Assembly (NCBI GenBank): GCA_039922815.1
Contig: JBDTDX010000353.1
Span: 1-52,308, forward strand
Length of the DNA stretch: 52,308 nt
Reading direction: 5' to 3'
Source of the DNA: Granulicella sp.
GTDB lineage: Bacteria > Acidobacteriota > Terriglobia > Terriglobales > Acidobacteriaceae
The position numbers were made by a program, and so were the translations under genes. How positions within the stretch are numbered: the first letter of the stretch is position 1; every line of letters begins with the position of its first letter. Positions 28,701-36,620 of this stretch are shown here, one piece after another. The notes under the pieces are model-generated. The model searched no databases. It had not been told where the DNA came from and saw only the letters and a list, made by a program, of their open reading frames with translations.

Positions 28701-30757
28701 ACATCGATTTCAGGACATTCTTCGAGGTATTTCTCCAACTGACTAAGCGGGGCATGAACAGCAAGCATGCCACCGCAGGGGAGGGCATCCATGAGGGCGC
28801 CACGCGCTGCAATTGCGGTAAGCGCTTCATCGAGTTGCATGACCCCGGCAAGACATGCAGCAACCAGTTCTCCGAGGCTATGACCCAACATGGCGGCAGG
28901 CTTGATGCCCCAGTTCATCCACATCTGTGCGGCTGCGTAAGAAGTGACGAATAGCGCAGGCTGAGCAAGTCTAGTCGGGCGCAGACGATCTTCGGTCGCG
29001 GTATCCGCGCGCGCACCAAGCAGAAAATCGCGTATGTGCAGACCGAGCTTTGGCAAAAGCAGGTCGTCACACAGGTCAACCGCACTTTGATATTTGGGCT
29101 CTGATTGATAGAGGCCGGCGCCCATGCCAGAATACTGGGAGCCTTGGCCAGGGAAGAGAAAGGCGATGTCTTTAGACGCAGCGCTATTTTGCCGCTTCAC
29201 TATTGATACATTCGAACAATCAGAGATGAAATCTGCTGCAGTTTTTGCGACGATCGAGGCGCGGAACGGGAAATCCTCTCGACCTGTGGCCAGCGTGAAT
29301 GCGGTATCGGCGAACGAAAACTCCTGCTGCTGCAGGGCAGTGCGGAGGCGACTGACCGACTCGGCGACAGCCTTATCGCTGAGAGCAGAGAAGATCAGCA
29401 ATTGGGATGCCCGCCGCGAAGGTGCTGTGGTGCGGATAGGAGCCTCCTGCAACACAAGATGTACATTGGTGCCTCCCACCCCGAAAGCGCTCACCCCCGC
29501 TCGTCGGGCCTTATCAGATCGCAGCCATGGTTTTGTCTCAGATGTTATGCGGAACGGGCCTGTATCGAGCTTGAGTCTTGGATTCGGCGAACGAAAGTGT
29601 TTCGTTCCCGGCAGCATTTGCCTGTCGAGCGCGAAGGCCGTCTTGATAAGACCCGTGACGCCGGCAGCGGAGTCAAGATGGCCGATGTTTCCCTTGATTG
29701 AACCGAGTGTGCAGAACTGCCTACGGTCTGTCGATCTGCGAAAAACTCGATCAAGCGCCTCGACTTCAATTGGGTCTCCGAGAGGAGTGCCGGTGCCGTG
29801 GCACTCCACATAATCAATCGTCTCCGCATTTACCTTCGCGTCCAGATGCGCCATCTCAATCGCGGCTGCCTGCCCTTCAGTACTGGGCGCTGCATAGCCA
29901 ACTTTTTCGGAGCCGTCATTACTTACACCGACACCGCAAATCAGAGCATAGATGTAGTCTCCGTCTGCAATCGCCTCAGATGCACGCTTGAGCACGACTG
30001 CTCCGGCACCTGCACCAAACACGGTTCCAGACGCATCTGCATCAAACGGCCGGCAGTGACCATCAGGCGACACCATGCCGCCGGGTTGGTAGAGATATCC
30101 GCGCTTCTGCGGAAACGAAATCGATACGCCACCTGCGATGGCTAGGTCGGTTTGTCCCGCTCGTAGAGCTCCACATGCCTGGGCCACGGCAAGCAAGGAT
30201 GTAGAGCAAGCCGACTGAACTGTCATGGCTGGGCCACGCAGGTTGAGTTTGTAACTAATACGGGTAGCAAGGAAATCCTGGCCATTCCCGATCAACGCTG
30301 AGAAAGCGCCCACCTGATAGGATTCAACGAATTCACGTGCAAACTTGGGATCGTTCGCGAGGTACGCGAGGAGATAGGTATTAATGCTGCAACCTGCGAA
30401 GACCCCAACGCGTTGGCGGCACTGCCGGGGAGCATAGCCGGCATCTTCCATCGCGGCCCACGCCTGCTCTAGCAAGACACGCTGCTGCGGGTCGGTGAGC
30501 TCCGCTTCGCGAGGAAGGAAGCGGAATAGGTCGGCGTCAAACTGATCGACGTCATCCAGAAGTGCACGCGCGGAGACGTAGTGTGACGCCGCCCGAGTTG
30601 CTGCAGGAATGCTGTCTTCGAGTTCTTCGTCACTCATACGACGAATTGCTTCATGGCCTTCGCAAAGGTCTTCCCACAGAGCACGCGCGCTTTCTGCACC
30701 CGGAAACCTTCCAGCTAAACCAATGATCGCAATACTGTCCTTGGGAGCCTCGCTCAT
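22781..30757 (-). CDS. hybrid PKS/NRPS: KS-AT-ACP-aminotransferase (class III)-C-A-PCP
   Basis: QSACSTS, HGTGT, GHLD (KS); GHSLG, HAFHS (AT); LGLDSL (ACP); FDEVVTGFR, TYGKVAGGG (PLP aminotransferase); HHIICDG (C); FTSGSTGKPKG, YGPTE, YRTGD (A); LGADSL (PCP). Confidence 0.95.
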   Translation of the reverse strand: MSEAPKDSIAIIGLAGRFPGAESARALWEDLCEGHEAIRRMSDEELEDSIPAATRAASHYVSARALLDDVDQFDADLFRFLPREAELTDPQQRVLLEQAWAAMEDAGYAPRQCRQRVGVFAGCSINTYLLAYLANDPKFAREFVESYQVGAFSALIGNGQDFLATRISYKLNLRGPAMTVQSACSTSLLAVAQACGALRAGQTDLAIAGGVSISFPQKRGYLYQPGGMVSPDGHCRPFDADASGTVFGAGAGAVVLKRASEAIADGDYIYALICGVGVSNDGSEKVGYAAPSTEGQAAAIEMAHLDAKVNAETIDYVECHGTGTPLGDPIEVEALDRVFRRSTDRRQFCTLGSIKGNIGHLDSAAGVTGLIKTAFALDRQMLPGTKHFRSPNPRLKLDTGPFRITSETKPWLRSDKARRAGVSAFGVGGTNVHLVLQEAPIRTTAPSRRASQLLIFSALSDKAVAESVSRLRTALQQQEFSFADTAFTLATGREDFPFRASIVAKTAADFISDCSNVSIVKRQNSAASKDIAFLFPGQGSQYSGMGAGLYQSEPKYQSAVDLCDDLLLPKLGLHIRDFLLGARADTATEDRLRPTRLAQPALFVTSYAAAQMWMNWGIKPAAMLGHSLGELVAACLAGVMQLDEALTAIAARGALMDALPCGGMLAVHAPLSQLEKYLEECPEIDVAAENAPTSVVLSGPSDRIAELCNHLEKENIAVQKLKTSHAFHSSMVDNVVAPLEAIFAGFELRAPEVPIASTVTGEWLTPEQASSPTYWARHCRERVRFSQALNCLLTTKPAALLECGAGNTLSNLARRQSPKDILFGSTLPSLQEATTDSERMQVTLGELWKLGVPVDWQSFYATEARCRVPLPSYAFQRQRFWPEATTVIRQTPTEQPIQNFELPSEIIMPTLCEKPTLDATVDRLPCLTHDVMQILQALSGLQLSEVDEDSSFLELGLDSLFLTQLATELQKKQGVGVSFRQLLNELSSPRKVAEYLDTKLPAEKTATPISVAAAGIPSAPVVLSRSSSDTMIPPATPFAASSVGSNAAMLMQQQINAMSDLFRLQMQAMGSMPEQNVNVTTSMQSQLASPSTTTAAPLATPVPSSAEAIVELKTSPRMKQSQNAASTAVTPAQMKFVDDLIARYCKRTIGSKSYTQQHRGVLADPRAVNGFHKEWKEMTYGLVVERAKGSKLWDIDGNEYIDLVNGFGPSMFGHGPQFVIDALKEQIDACFAVGPQSPLAGDTARLIAEITNSERVTFCNTGSEAVMAAMRLARTVTGRDKVVFFAGDYHGQFDEVLVRGIRRNGQPVSLPGAPGIPSESVGNIVVLEYGEQIALDYLREHAVELAAVIVEPVQSRHPNLQPRAFLEEVRRITEDSGTAFIFDEVVTGFRVRPGGAQEYFGVQADMATYGKVAGGGMPIGILAGKARFMDALDGGQWQFGDASLPEVGMTFFAGTFVRHPLALAATHATLLHIRDGGEQLYQTLNRSSEELAEKANQLFAELGVPFTLEQCGSILYLAIAPEIRNTGLLFALLRERGVYAMEHFPLYMTTAHTAKDMAQVLVVLRESILDLQSVGFLPKNTTTASTDPNLAPLTEPQMEILLAAQMGDEENCAFNESCSLHLEGSLDTSVFEASWRALVHRHDALRLTLEGTPGIQRINRSIDIPLDQIDFSKFDQKSADAALTLLLKTDAATPFNLYQGPLVRARLIHLPDGKYDFVFTAHHIICDGWSINIIISELAAIYSATKEHVILELSKPVSFLDYARNTRESIDSTIQNAQAYWMETFRELPIPLELPKNRTTVSERTFSGDTLLLEWPPEFTARLRKGGGAMGCTLFVTLLGVWQMLLMRLATQREAVVLIPSAAQSQLDENTLAGHCVHLLPIRGEAAATETAASFLGALKQRVLDAYEHQELTFGSLVHLLNIPRQLGRLPLSEIQFNLEKQATGTEFAGLRSSWHANAKTSVNFDLFLNIVDTPSGLRLECDFNSTSYSKQTIQHWLGCYREMLEGVLRDPQTKINDLCLLDSAEQTRQLAFNNPAGLRIAPVITVIDQLRKQVSETPEAIAVEFYGQKRSYADLFSSSSQLAKRLVARNIGKGDLVGIYLDRSIEMVTAMIGILQSGAAYVPLDPVYPKERIASICNDTSMRLLLTCDENAAVLNGAAPELLVVDEDESVDGTIDLPLLSPQDAAYVIFTSGSTGKPKGVQITHGNLINTLAGVAEIIGFDGTARLLAVTTLSFDIAAVELLMPLTCGATVIIAQRDDVSDGSRLSTLLRASRSNIMQATPITWRMLLASNPPPMPDLTMLCGGEGWDRALADSLLNMGGSLWNMYGPTETTIWSAYQRVLNDDRAVGIQQSLPNQRIYILDANQQPVPDGVAGELYISGEGVGTGYYRQPELTASRFVDDVFSARPGSRMYRTGDKVRRREDGTVEFSGRFDDQIKLRGFRIEPGEIESAMRALPGVDQAFVVLRNDRSGSPRLVAYTTHNSELPTDTGAMQQTLSATLPEYMVPAMIVPMAELPLTANNKVDRKRLPEPDFTATIVANMFVEPQTPKQKQLASIWCKVLSLDRVSIQQPLLSLGADSLHIFQIAARAQQAGLSVTARQLMKLKTVEAVCSTLGETETVAPQVTISAATSIGMQRASRDQYRLVRTEQMESCERA

Positions 30758-32634
30758 ATAAATCTCCCTGCCACACCAAGCTCACCATCGAGAGAGAGTT
30801 GTTGCGAATGATCAGAAAGTCCCGTTTCCTTCGAAGCCGCGACCGCATTCATATAGTCCGCAATACTCTTGACGTTGGGTAATGAGAAGAGTTCTACAAG
30901 CGAGGGTGCACGAGGAGAAAGCCTCTGGAGTTCAGCTTGCATGCAGATCAGTCCAAGCGAGTCCCCCCCTAAATCGAAGAAGTTCGCTTGAGGATCGATA
31001 ATCTGACGATGCAAAATAGCGGACCAAATTCGTTCAGTGGCCCGCAGCCATTGCATGCTCGTATCGCTGTCGGCAATAGCCTTTGGAGCAAGTTTTGCGG
31101 GGGTACTGCGTAGAAATTGTCTCCGAAGTTCCGCGCGGTCAATCTTTCCATTATCGGTGAGTGGAAGCGATTCGACTGACCTAAGGGCACGTGGGATGGC
31201 GGCTGGCATAAGTGCGCTCTTCATCAAAATCCGAAGGGATTCCTCGTCTTCTCCGTTCCGCCATACGATGAAAGCGACGAGAAATTTGTCCGCTGCCAGA
31301 TCGACTGAAAGTGTGGCACATGCGCTCACTCGCTCGTAGCTAAGGATCACGTGCTCAACTTCATCCAATTGAATCCGTTGACCGGCAATCTTCACTTCGC
31401 TGTCTTTACGTCCTAGAAACTCCAGCTGTCCGTCTTCATTGCGCCGGACTATATCGCCTGTCAGATAAAGGCGTGCACTTTCATCGGAGCACGAGAAATC
31501 GGGTAGAAAGCGCTTCGCCGTGAGCGCATCGTCGTCAAGATAGCCAAGCGCAACACCTGCGCCGCCCGTCGCGAGTTCCCCAGGCGTTCCTTCCGAGACC
31601 GGCACTCCTGCATCGTCGAGAATGACCAATGTCGTTCCATTGATCGGCTCACCGATGGGAACCTTGCCCTCACAAAAGCCTTCGGTCGCCACATAGCAGG
31701 TCGTAAAGGTGGTGTTCTCTGTAGGCCCATATCCGTTAACGAGACGAAGGCGCGGGAAACGTCGCTTTACTGCCGCGAACAGATCGGCATGAATTACATC
31801 ACCACCAACAACAAGTTGTCTCAGTGGGCCGAATGTCTCGATATTATGTTGCGCGACAAAGTGGAAGAGTCCCGCTGTTAGCCAGAGCGTAGTGACGTTG
31901 TGCTGCAATACAAGATTGCGAAAATCTTCTACAGCCAGGGGGCGATCGGGTGCAAGAACCAATGTCCCACCGCGTAGGAGCACCGCCCAGATTTCAAGAG
32001 TTGATGCATCAAAGGTAAGCGGAGAATGCAGGAGCGTACACTCGCTGCGGGCCATCGAAATAAAATTCTGGTCATTGACGAGACGAAGGATACCACGATG
32101 AGGGATGATGACTCCCTTGCGAGCACCTGTAGAGCCGGAAGTGAAAAGTATATATGCCGGATCATCCAGTCCACACGCCTCACCCGGCAAATCGAAGATC
32201 TGAATGGGACGTCGGAAAGTAAGTTTCTCAACGGAGAGGATGCAGAGATCTGCGCCAAATAAAGGCTCCTGGTTCCCAGAGACCAAAAAGCGGATGTTGT
32301 GCCGGGTCAGCAGCGCTGCGGATCCAGCATCGCATCGTTGGATTGGGACGTAAACGCCGCCTGCGAAGAGTATGCCGAGAATACCGACTACAGTATCGAT
32401 GGACCTACCCGCATCCAGGGACACTAATGTTCCTTTCTTGACCCCTGCTGCCGCACACACAGAGGCGAATGCGAGCGACCTCTGTAAGAGCTCGGAGTAC
32501 GTCAACGATTCTTCACCCTGCACGATCGCAACTGCGTATCCATTGAAAGCAGCAGAATGCAGGAACTGGACATGCACCGTAGCGAATGGCAAGTTCGGAG
32601 TTGGACGGAATGTCGGGTTACTCGTGATACCCAT
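30754..32634 (-). CDS. stand-alone NRPS loading didomain A-PCP
   Basis: YILFTSGSTG, FDASTLEIW, NGYGPTENTTF, YLTGD, NGKIDR, NFFDLGGDSL; ATGA overlap with the PKS/NRPS start. Confidence 0.93.
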   Translation of the reverse strand: MGITSNPTFRPTPNLPFATVHVQFLHSAAFNGYAVAIVQGEESLTYSELLQRSLAFASVCAAAGVKKGTLVSLDAGRSIDTVVGILGILFAGGVYVPIQRCDAGSAALLTRHNIRFLVSGNQEPLFGADLCILSVEKLTFRRPIQIFDLPGEACGLDDPAYILFTSGSTGARKGVIIPHRGILRLVNDQNFISMARSECTLLHSPLTFDASTLEIWAVLLRGGTLVLAPDRPLAVEDFRNLVLQHNVTTLWLTAGLFHFVAQHNIETFGPLRQLVVGGDVIHADLFAAVKRRFPRLRLVNGYGPTENTTFTTCYVATEGFCEGKVPIGEPINGTTLVILDDAGVPVSEGTPGELATGGAGVALGYLDDDALTAKRFLPDFSCSDESARLYLTGDIVRRNEDGQLEFLGRKDSEVKIAGQRIQLDEVEHVILSYERVSACATLSVDLAADKFLVAFIVWRNGEDEESLRILMKSALMPAAIPRALRSVESLPLTDNGKIDRAELRRQFLRSTPAKLAPKAIADSDTSMQWLRATERIWSAILHRQIIDPQANFFDLGGDSLGLICMQAELQRLSPRAPSLVELFSLPNVKSIADYMNAVAASKETGLSDHSQQLSLDGELGVAGRFI

Positions 32635-32665
32635 AGTTGCTTCCCTTTACGGCAGGCAGACAAGA

Positions 32666-33733
32666 TCAAACGCCAATGTGTGCAAATTCGGCCGATGGCA
32701 CAGCGACTTCAGGCAAGCGGGTTGCCATCTCCGCAGAAGAACGCTGCGAACGATACCAGGCGACTGTTTCGATCAATCCTTCCATAACCGAGACCTTCGG
32801 CGTATAGCCAAGATCAGTCGACGCCGCAGTAATATCAGCGAGTGAGTGATCGACATCCCCAATCCGTGCAGGAGCAAACTGAGGTGCATCCTTGAAGCCA
32901 ATGATCTCGGCAAGCATGCCGTAGATCTCGAGCAGGGTTGCCCGAGACCCCAGGGCGACGTTGTAGACCTTGCCAGAGACTGTTTCAGCTGAGGCCGATG
33001 CCGCGCACATGTTTGCGTGAACCACGTTGCTGATGTAGGTAAAGTCGCGACTCTGGATTCCATCACCACAAATCGTTGGAGCTACACCATCGAGCATGCT
33101 GGTGATAAATTTTGCAATCACACCCGAATACGGAGAGTCTGCGGCCTGGAACGGTCCGAAGACGTTGAAATAACGCAAGCATACGGTTTCAAATCCGTAA
33201 ACTTTCTGGAAGCTCTGCATGTACTGCTCCCCGTTGAGCTTTTGCACGGCGTAGGGTGAGATCGGCGCTGGAGTCATTCGCTCATGCTTCGGAAGGGTGA
33301 GCGAGTTGCCATAGGCCGAAGAAGACGCGGCGTAAACTACCCGACGAACGCCGCGCTCCTTTGCAGCGAGCAGCAGATTCAATGTGCCATCGATGTTTGA
33401 CTTGTGACTTGTGAGCGGGTCAAGCACCGATTTGGGTACGGAGGGCAGTGCTCCCTCGTGGAAGATAACTTCCACGCCTTCACAAAGGCGGCATAGAGCA
33501 TCGAGATCTTGCAGATCAACTCGGTGAAAGTCTACGTGATGTGCAATCTCTTTAATGTTGTCAAGATTGCCAGTGGAAAGGTTATCGAGTCCACGAACGT
33601 CTTGTCCGTCCCTGACGAGATATCTCGCGATCGACGAGCCAATAAACCCAGCTACGCCTGTTATCAAAATGGATTTGGATTTCACTTTGTCTCCCTTGAG
33701 AACTGCATTGCGGCTTTGCATCGAAGAAGCCAT
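32666..33733 (-). CDS. NAD-dependent nucleotide-sugar epimerase/dehydratase (WbpP-like extended SDR)
   Basis: GVAGFIGS, ASSSAYG, YAVQK (YxxxK), LRYFNVFGP, RDFTY. Confidence 0.93.
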   Translation of the reverse strand: MASSMQSRNAVLKGDKVKSKSILITGVAGFIGSSIARYLVRDGQDVRGLDNLSTGNLDNIKEIAHHVDFHRVDLQDLDALCRLCEGVEVIFHEGALPSVPKSVLDPLTSHKSNIDGTLNLLLAAKERGVRRVVYAASSSAYGNSLTLPKHERMTPAPISPYAVQKLNGEQYMQSFQKVYGFETVCLRYFNVFGPFQAADSPYSGVIAKFITSMLDGVAPTICGDGIQSRDFTYISNVVHANMCAASASAETVSGKVYNVALGSRATLLEIYGMLAEIIGFKDAPQFAPARIGDVDHSLADITAASTDLGYTPKVSVMEGLIETVAWYRSQRSSAEMATRLPEVAVPSAEFAHIGV

Positions 33734-33762
33734 GGTTTACTTCCGTCAGTCAAGGCAGGATG

Positions 33763-35136
33763 TTAGGTCAGACAAACATTCGAACGATCAAGGCCAACGG
33801 TGGCATTCCGGGTATCGACGACAAGCTGTGACTCACGGACAATTCGCTCGTAGTCGTACTCGGTATGATCGGTGGCAATAAGTACACAATCATATTGAGC
33901 AAGATTGTCCAGGGGCTGACTGACCATGTTGAGAGCATAGTGGCGGCCATGGCCTACAGTTGGGAAGTAGGGATCGTTATAAGAGACATCCGCTCCGCGT
34001 CGTTTGAGCAACTCAATCAGAGTGAGTGACGGGCTTTCGCGCAGGTCGTCGATGTCCTTTTTATAGGCAAGGCCCAGCACGAGGATATTGCTGCCCTTGA
34101 CCGACTTACTACGCTCGTTGAGCGCAGTGGCGACAGAATCAACGACGTAGTACGGCATCTCTGTATTGATCTCGCCAGCTAGTTCGATAAAACGCGTTGC
34201 AAAGTCTACTTCCTTTGCCTTCCAGGAGAGATAAAAAGGATCGATCGGAATACAGTGGCCGCCGAGCCCGGGTCCGGGGTAAAAGGCCTGAAAGCCGAAG
34301 GGTTTCGTTGCCGCCGCACCGATAATCTCCCAGATGTCGAGATTGATACGCTGGCATAACATCTTGAGCTCATTGACAAGTGCGATGTTCACGCAACGAT
34401 AGACGTTCTCGAGAAGCTTCGTCATCTCTGCGGCTGCAGCACTCGACACTGGCACAATCCGGTGAAAGATCGATTGATAAAGCGCCGAAGCGAGAGTGCG
34501 CGTTCTTTGCGTAGGTGCCCCAACGACCTTGGGAATGTCAGCGCGGTCGACCAATACGTTGCCAGGATCTTCCCGCTCCGGTGAGTATGCGACATGAAAA
34601 CAAAGCTGTTCGTCACGTCCATCACGGTAGCATTGCACGCCACCAGGAGCCCCCTTTTCGAGGAGTGGAATGAGTACTTCCTCGGTCGTCCCGGGATAAG
34701 TGGTGCTCTCGAGAACAATGAGCTGGCCGGCACGGAGATGAGGAGCGAGTGACTTGGCGGTACGCTCGATGTAAGTCATGTCGGGTCCGCGATGTTCGTC
34801 AAGAGGGGTCGGCACACAAATGATGACCGCATCCATGTTCGTGATCGCACTGAAGTCGGCGGTGGCGAGAAAGCCCTGCTCGCGAAGCCCTGCAATCTCT
34901 TCCCAGCCGATACGTTGAATGTAAGAGCCGCCGGCATTCAGGGTGTCGATTTTCTTGCGGTCCACGTCAAAGCCAGTAACCGGGAAACCGGTTTTGGCGA
35001 ACAGGATGGCGAGCGGAAGGCCCACATAGCCTAGTCCAATGACGCCGACTTTAGCGGCGCGCTCCTCAAAGAGCGCTTCTGAGAGAAGGGGGAAGGACAA
35101 TTCAACGGGTTCAGGAGAGAGAATTGAAGCAGCCAC
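33763..35136 (-). CDS. UDP-N-acetylhexosamine 6-dehydrogenase (WbpA/WbpO-like)
   Basis: GLGYVG, CVPTP, ESTTYPGTT, SPER.DPG, KLLEN, GPGLGGHCIPIDP, DLRESP. Confidence 0.93.
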   Translation of the reverse strand: MAASILSPEPVELSFPLLSEALFEERAAKVGVIGLGYVGLPLAILFAKTGFPVTGFDVDRKKIDTLNAGGSYIQRIGWEEIAGLREQGFLATADFSAITNMDAVIICVPTPLDEHRGPDMTYIERTAKSLAPHLRAGQLIVLESTTYPGTTEEVLIPLLEKGAPGGVQCYRDGRDEQLCFHVAYSPEREDPGNVLVDRADIPKVVGAPTQRTRTLASALYQSIFHRIVPVSSAAAAEMTKLLENVYRCVNIALVNELKMLCQRINLDIWEIIGAAATKPFGFQAFYPGPGLGGHCIPIDPFYLSWKAKEVDFATRFIELAGEINTEMPYYVVDSVATALNERSKSVKGSNILVLGLAYKKDIDDLRESPSLTLIELLKRRGADVSYNDPYFPTVGHGRHYALNMVSQPLDNLAQYDCVLIATDHTEYDYERIVRESQLVVDTRNATVGLDRSNVCLT

Positions 35137-35138
35137 GA

Positions 35139-36425
35139 TTACCTGCTTTCCTTGGGATCAATAATTTTGAAATTTGAAATAAGAGAGAGATCAGAAGAAT
35201 TTGTGACAAATAGAGGTTGCGAATCTGGACGACCATGCTCGATCAAATACCCGTTACACTTCGTGACTCGCGGGGAGAGGAGTTTCCGATAGATTGAAGC
35301 CGTTTTTGCTTGCGCGATGGGAAGATCGAATCGCTTTACAGCATGCTTTGCGGCTTTACCCAAAACCTCGCGGTGATGGCTTTCCCGAAGCGATAGGATT
35401 GCTCGAGCAAGCGCCGCTGGATCATTTGGAGCAATGAGAAGTCCACTACCGCCGAGTGCTTCACGGTTTCCTCCAACGTCGGTAGCCACGATGGCCAGGC
35501 CTGTAGCCATATATTCCAGGAGGGAATTTGAGAATCCTTCCGCCCTGGAGCATAGAACGGCAATATCCATCGCGGCGAGATGCGGTAGAACATCGACAGC
35601 CGGCCCTGCGACGGTGAAGATTCCCCTCAATCCCTTGCGTTCAATGAGCGCTTCTGCTTCGGTTCGGAATTCGCCTTCACCCACAACGATAAAGCGAAGC
35701 CGCTCGGACGTTTTTCGTGCGAGCACCGCCGCATCTATAAACGTGTCGATGCCCTTGATTGGGCGAAGGCCAGAGAGGTTGCCCACAAGTAGGTCGTCGT
35801 CACTCAGGCCAAGCTCACGACGCATCTGTGCACGTAACTCCGGGGGAGGAGAGATTTTCTGAAGATCAATACCGTTGTGAATCACGAAGAGCTTTCGGAA
35901 GGGTGCGCGCTCGATCGAATGTGTACGACGTAAAACCGCCTCCGAATTTACCAGAATGCCGGCTGTCAAATAGTTGGTAAGGCGCCGAAGCAGAGCAGGA
36001 AAATGAAAGCTGGAGGTGATTTCAGGACTGAGATTGCGCCGGGTGCCAAGGACCACAGGGATTCCTGCAAGCTTCGCCAACCATGGTCCGACCAGGTTGG
36101 ATTCAGGAAAGATCGTCTGCATGGCATCGAATTTCTGTTGCCGCATCCATCGCACTGCGCGCAGGCAACAACCTGGAGAGTGAAGCGACGCTAGGTTGTC
36201 CCAATCGAGCATCTTGACAGAGCATCCTGCGATCTCCTCTGAAAACCATGCGCTATTTCGCATCACGCAGACCTGGGGCGTCCATCCGCAAGTCCGAGCG
36301 ATCTGAATCATCTGGATCAGCTGCCGCTCAGTGCCGCCGGCTGTAATGCTGGTCATCTCGTCAATCAGAAAGAGAAGGCTGCCGCCCTCTATATCTGCTG
36401 TGGATAAATTGCTGCCGCGATGCAT
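35139..36425 (-). CDS. glycosyltransferase family 4
   Basis: AGGTERQL, VIHNGID, RPIKG, SRAEGFSNSLLEYM, ATDVGG. ATG 36425 follows GAGGAG. Confidence 0.9.
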   Translation of the reverse strand: MHRGSNLSTADIEGGSLLFLIDEMTSITAGGTERQLIQMIQIARTCGWTPQVCVMRNSAWFSEEIAGCSVKMLDWDNLASLHSPGCCLRAVRWMRQQKFDAMQTIFPESNLVGPWLAKLAGIPVVLGTRRNLSPEITSSFHFPALLRRLTNYLTAGILVNSEAVLRRTHSIERAPFRKLFVIHNGIDLQKISPPPELRAQMRRELGLSDDDLLVGNLSGLRPIKGIDTFIDAAVLARKTSERLRFIVVGEGEFRTEAEALIERKGLRGIFTVAGPAVDVLPHLAAMDIAVLCSRAEGFSNSLLEYMATGLAIVATDVGGNREALGGSGLLIAPNDPAALARAILSLRESHHREVLGKAAKHAVKRFDLPIAQAKTASIYRKLLSPRVTKCNGYLIEHGRPDSQPLFVTNSSDLSLISNFKIIDPKESR

Positions 36426-36453
36426 CAAGGGGAACTCCTCTACCTTGATACAG

Positions 36454-36469
36454 TGCAATTCAGCGGCCT
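36454..36469 (-). promoter_or_regulatory. candidate sigma-54 promoter heading the GT4 / UDP-sugar / NRPS-PKS operon
   Basis: Minus strand AGGCCG-CTGAA-TTGCA (GG-N10-GC); predicted start site lies just upstream of the GAGGAG RBS. Confidence 0.55.
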
Positions 36470-36552
36470 TAATTCATGAGTCACAAATATTTTTACTGTT
36501 GAGCTGAGATTTCTGCTTTCCGAAGGATCAACTGCGATTCCTGCTAGGAAGT

Positions 36553-36568
36553 TGGTGGCTGAAGTGCA
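36553..36568 (+). promoter_or_regulatory. candidate sigma-54 promoter for the second deacetylase
   Basis: TGGTGG-CTGAA-GTGCA (GG-N10-GC), about 53 nt upstream of ATG 36621. Confidence 0.5.
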
Positions 36569-36620
36569 CTGTGTTCGGCAATCCACGCCATTTCATAGGC
36601 CAAGAGATTCAACTTAGACC

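Noticed and set aside
18899-32634. Assignment to a known compound such as mycosubtilin, microcystin or zeamine
   Set aside because: Only the aminotransferase module design is shared; starter, module count and context differ.
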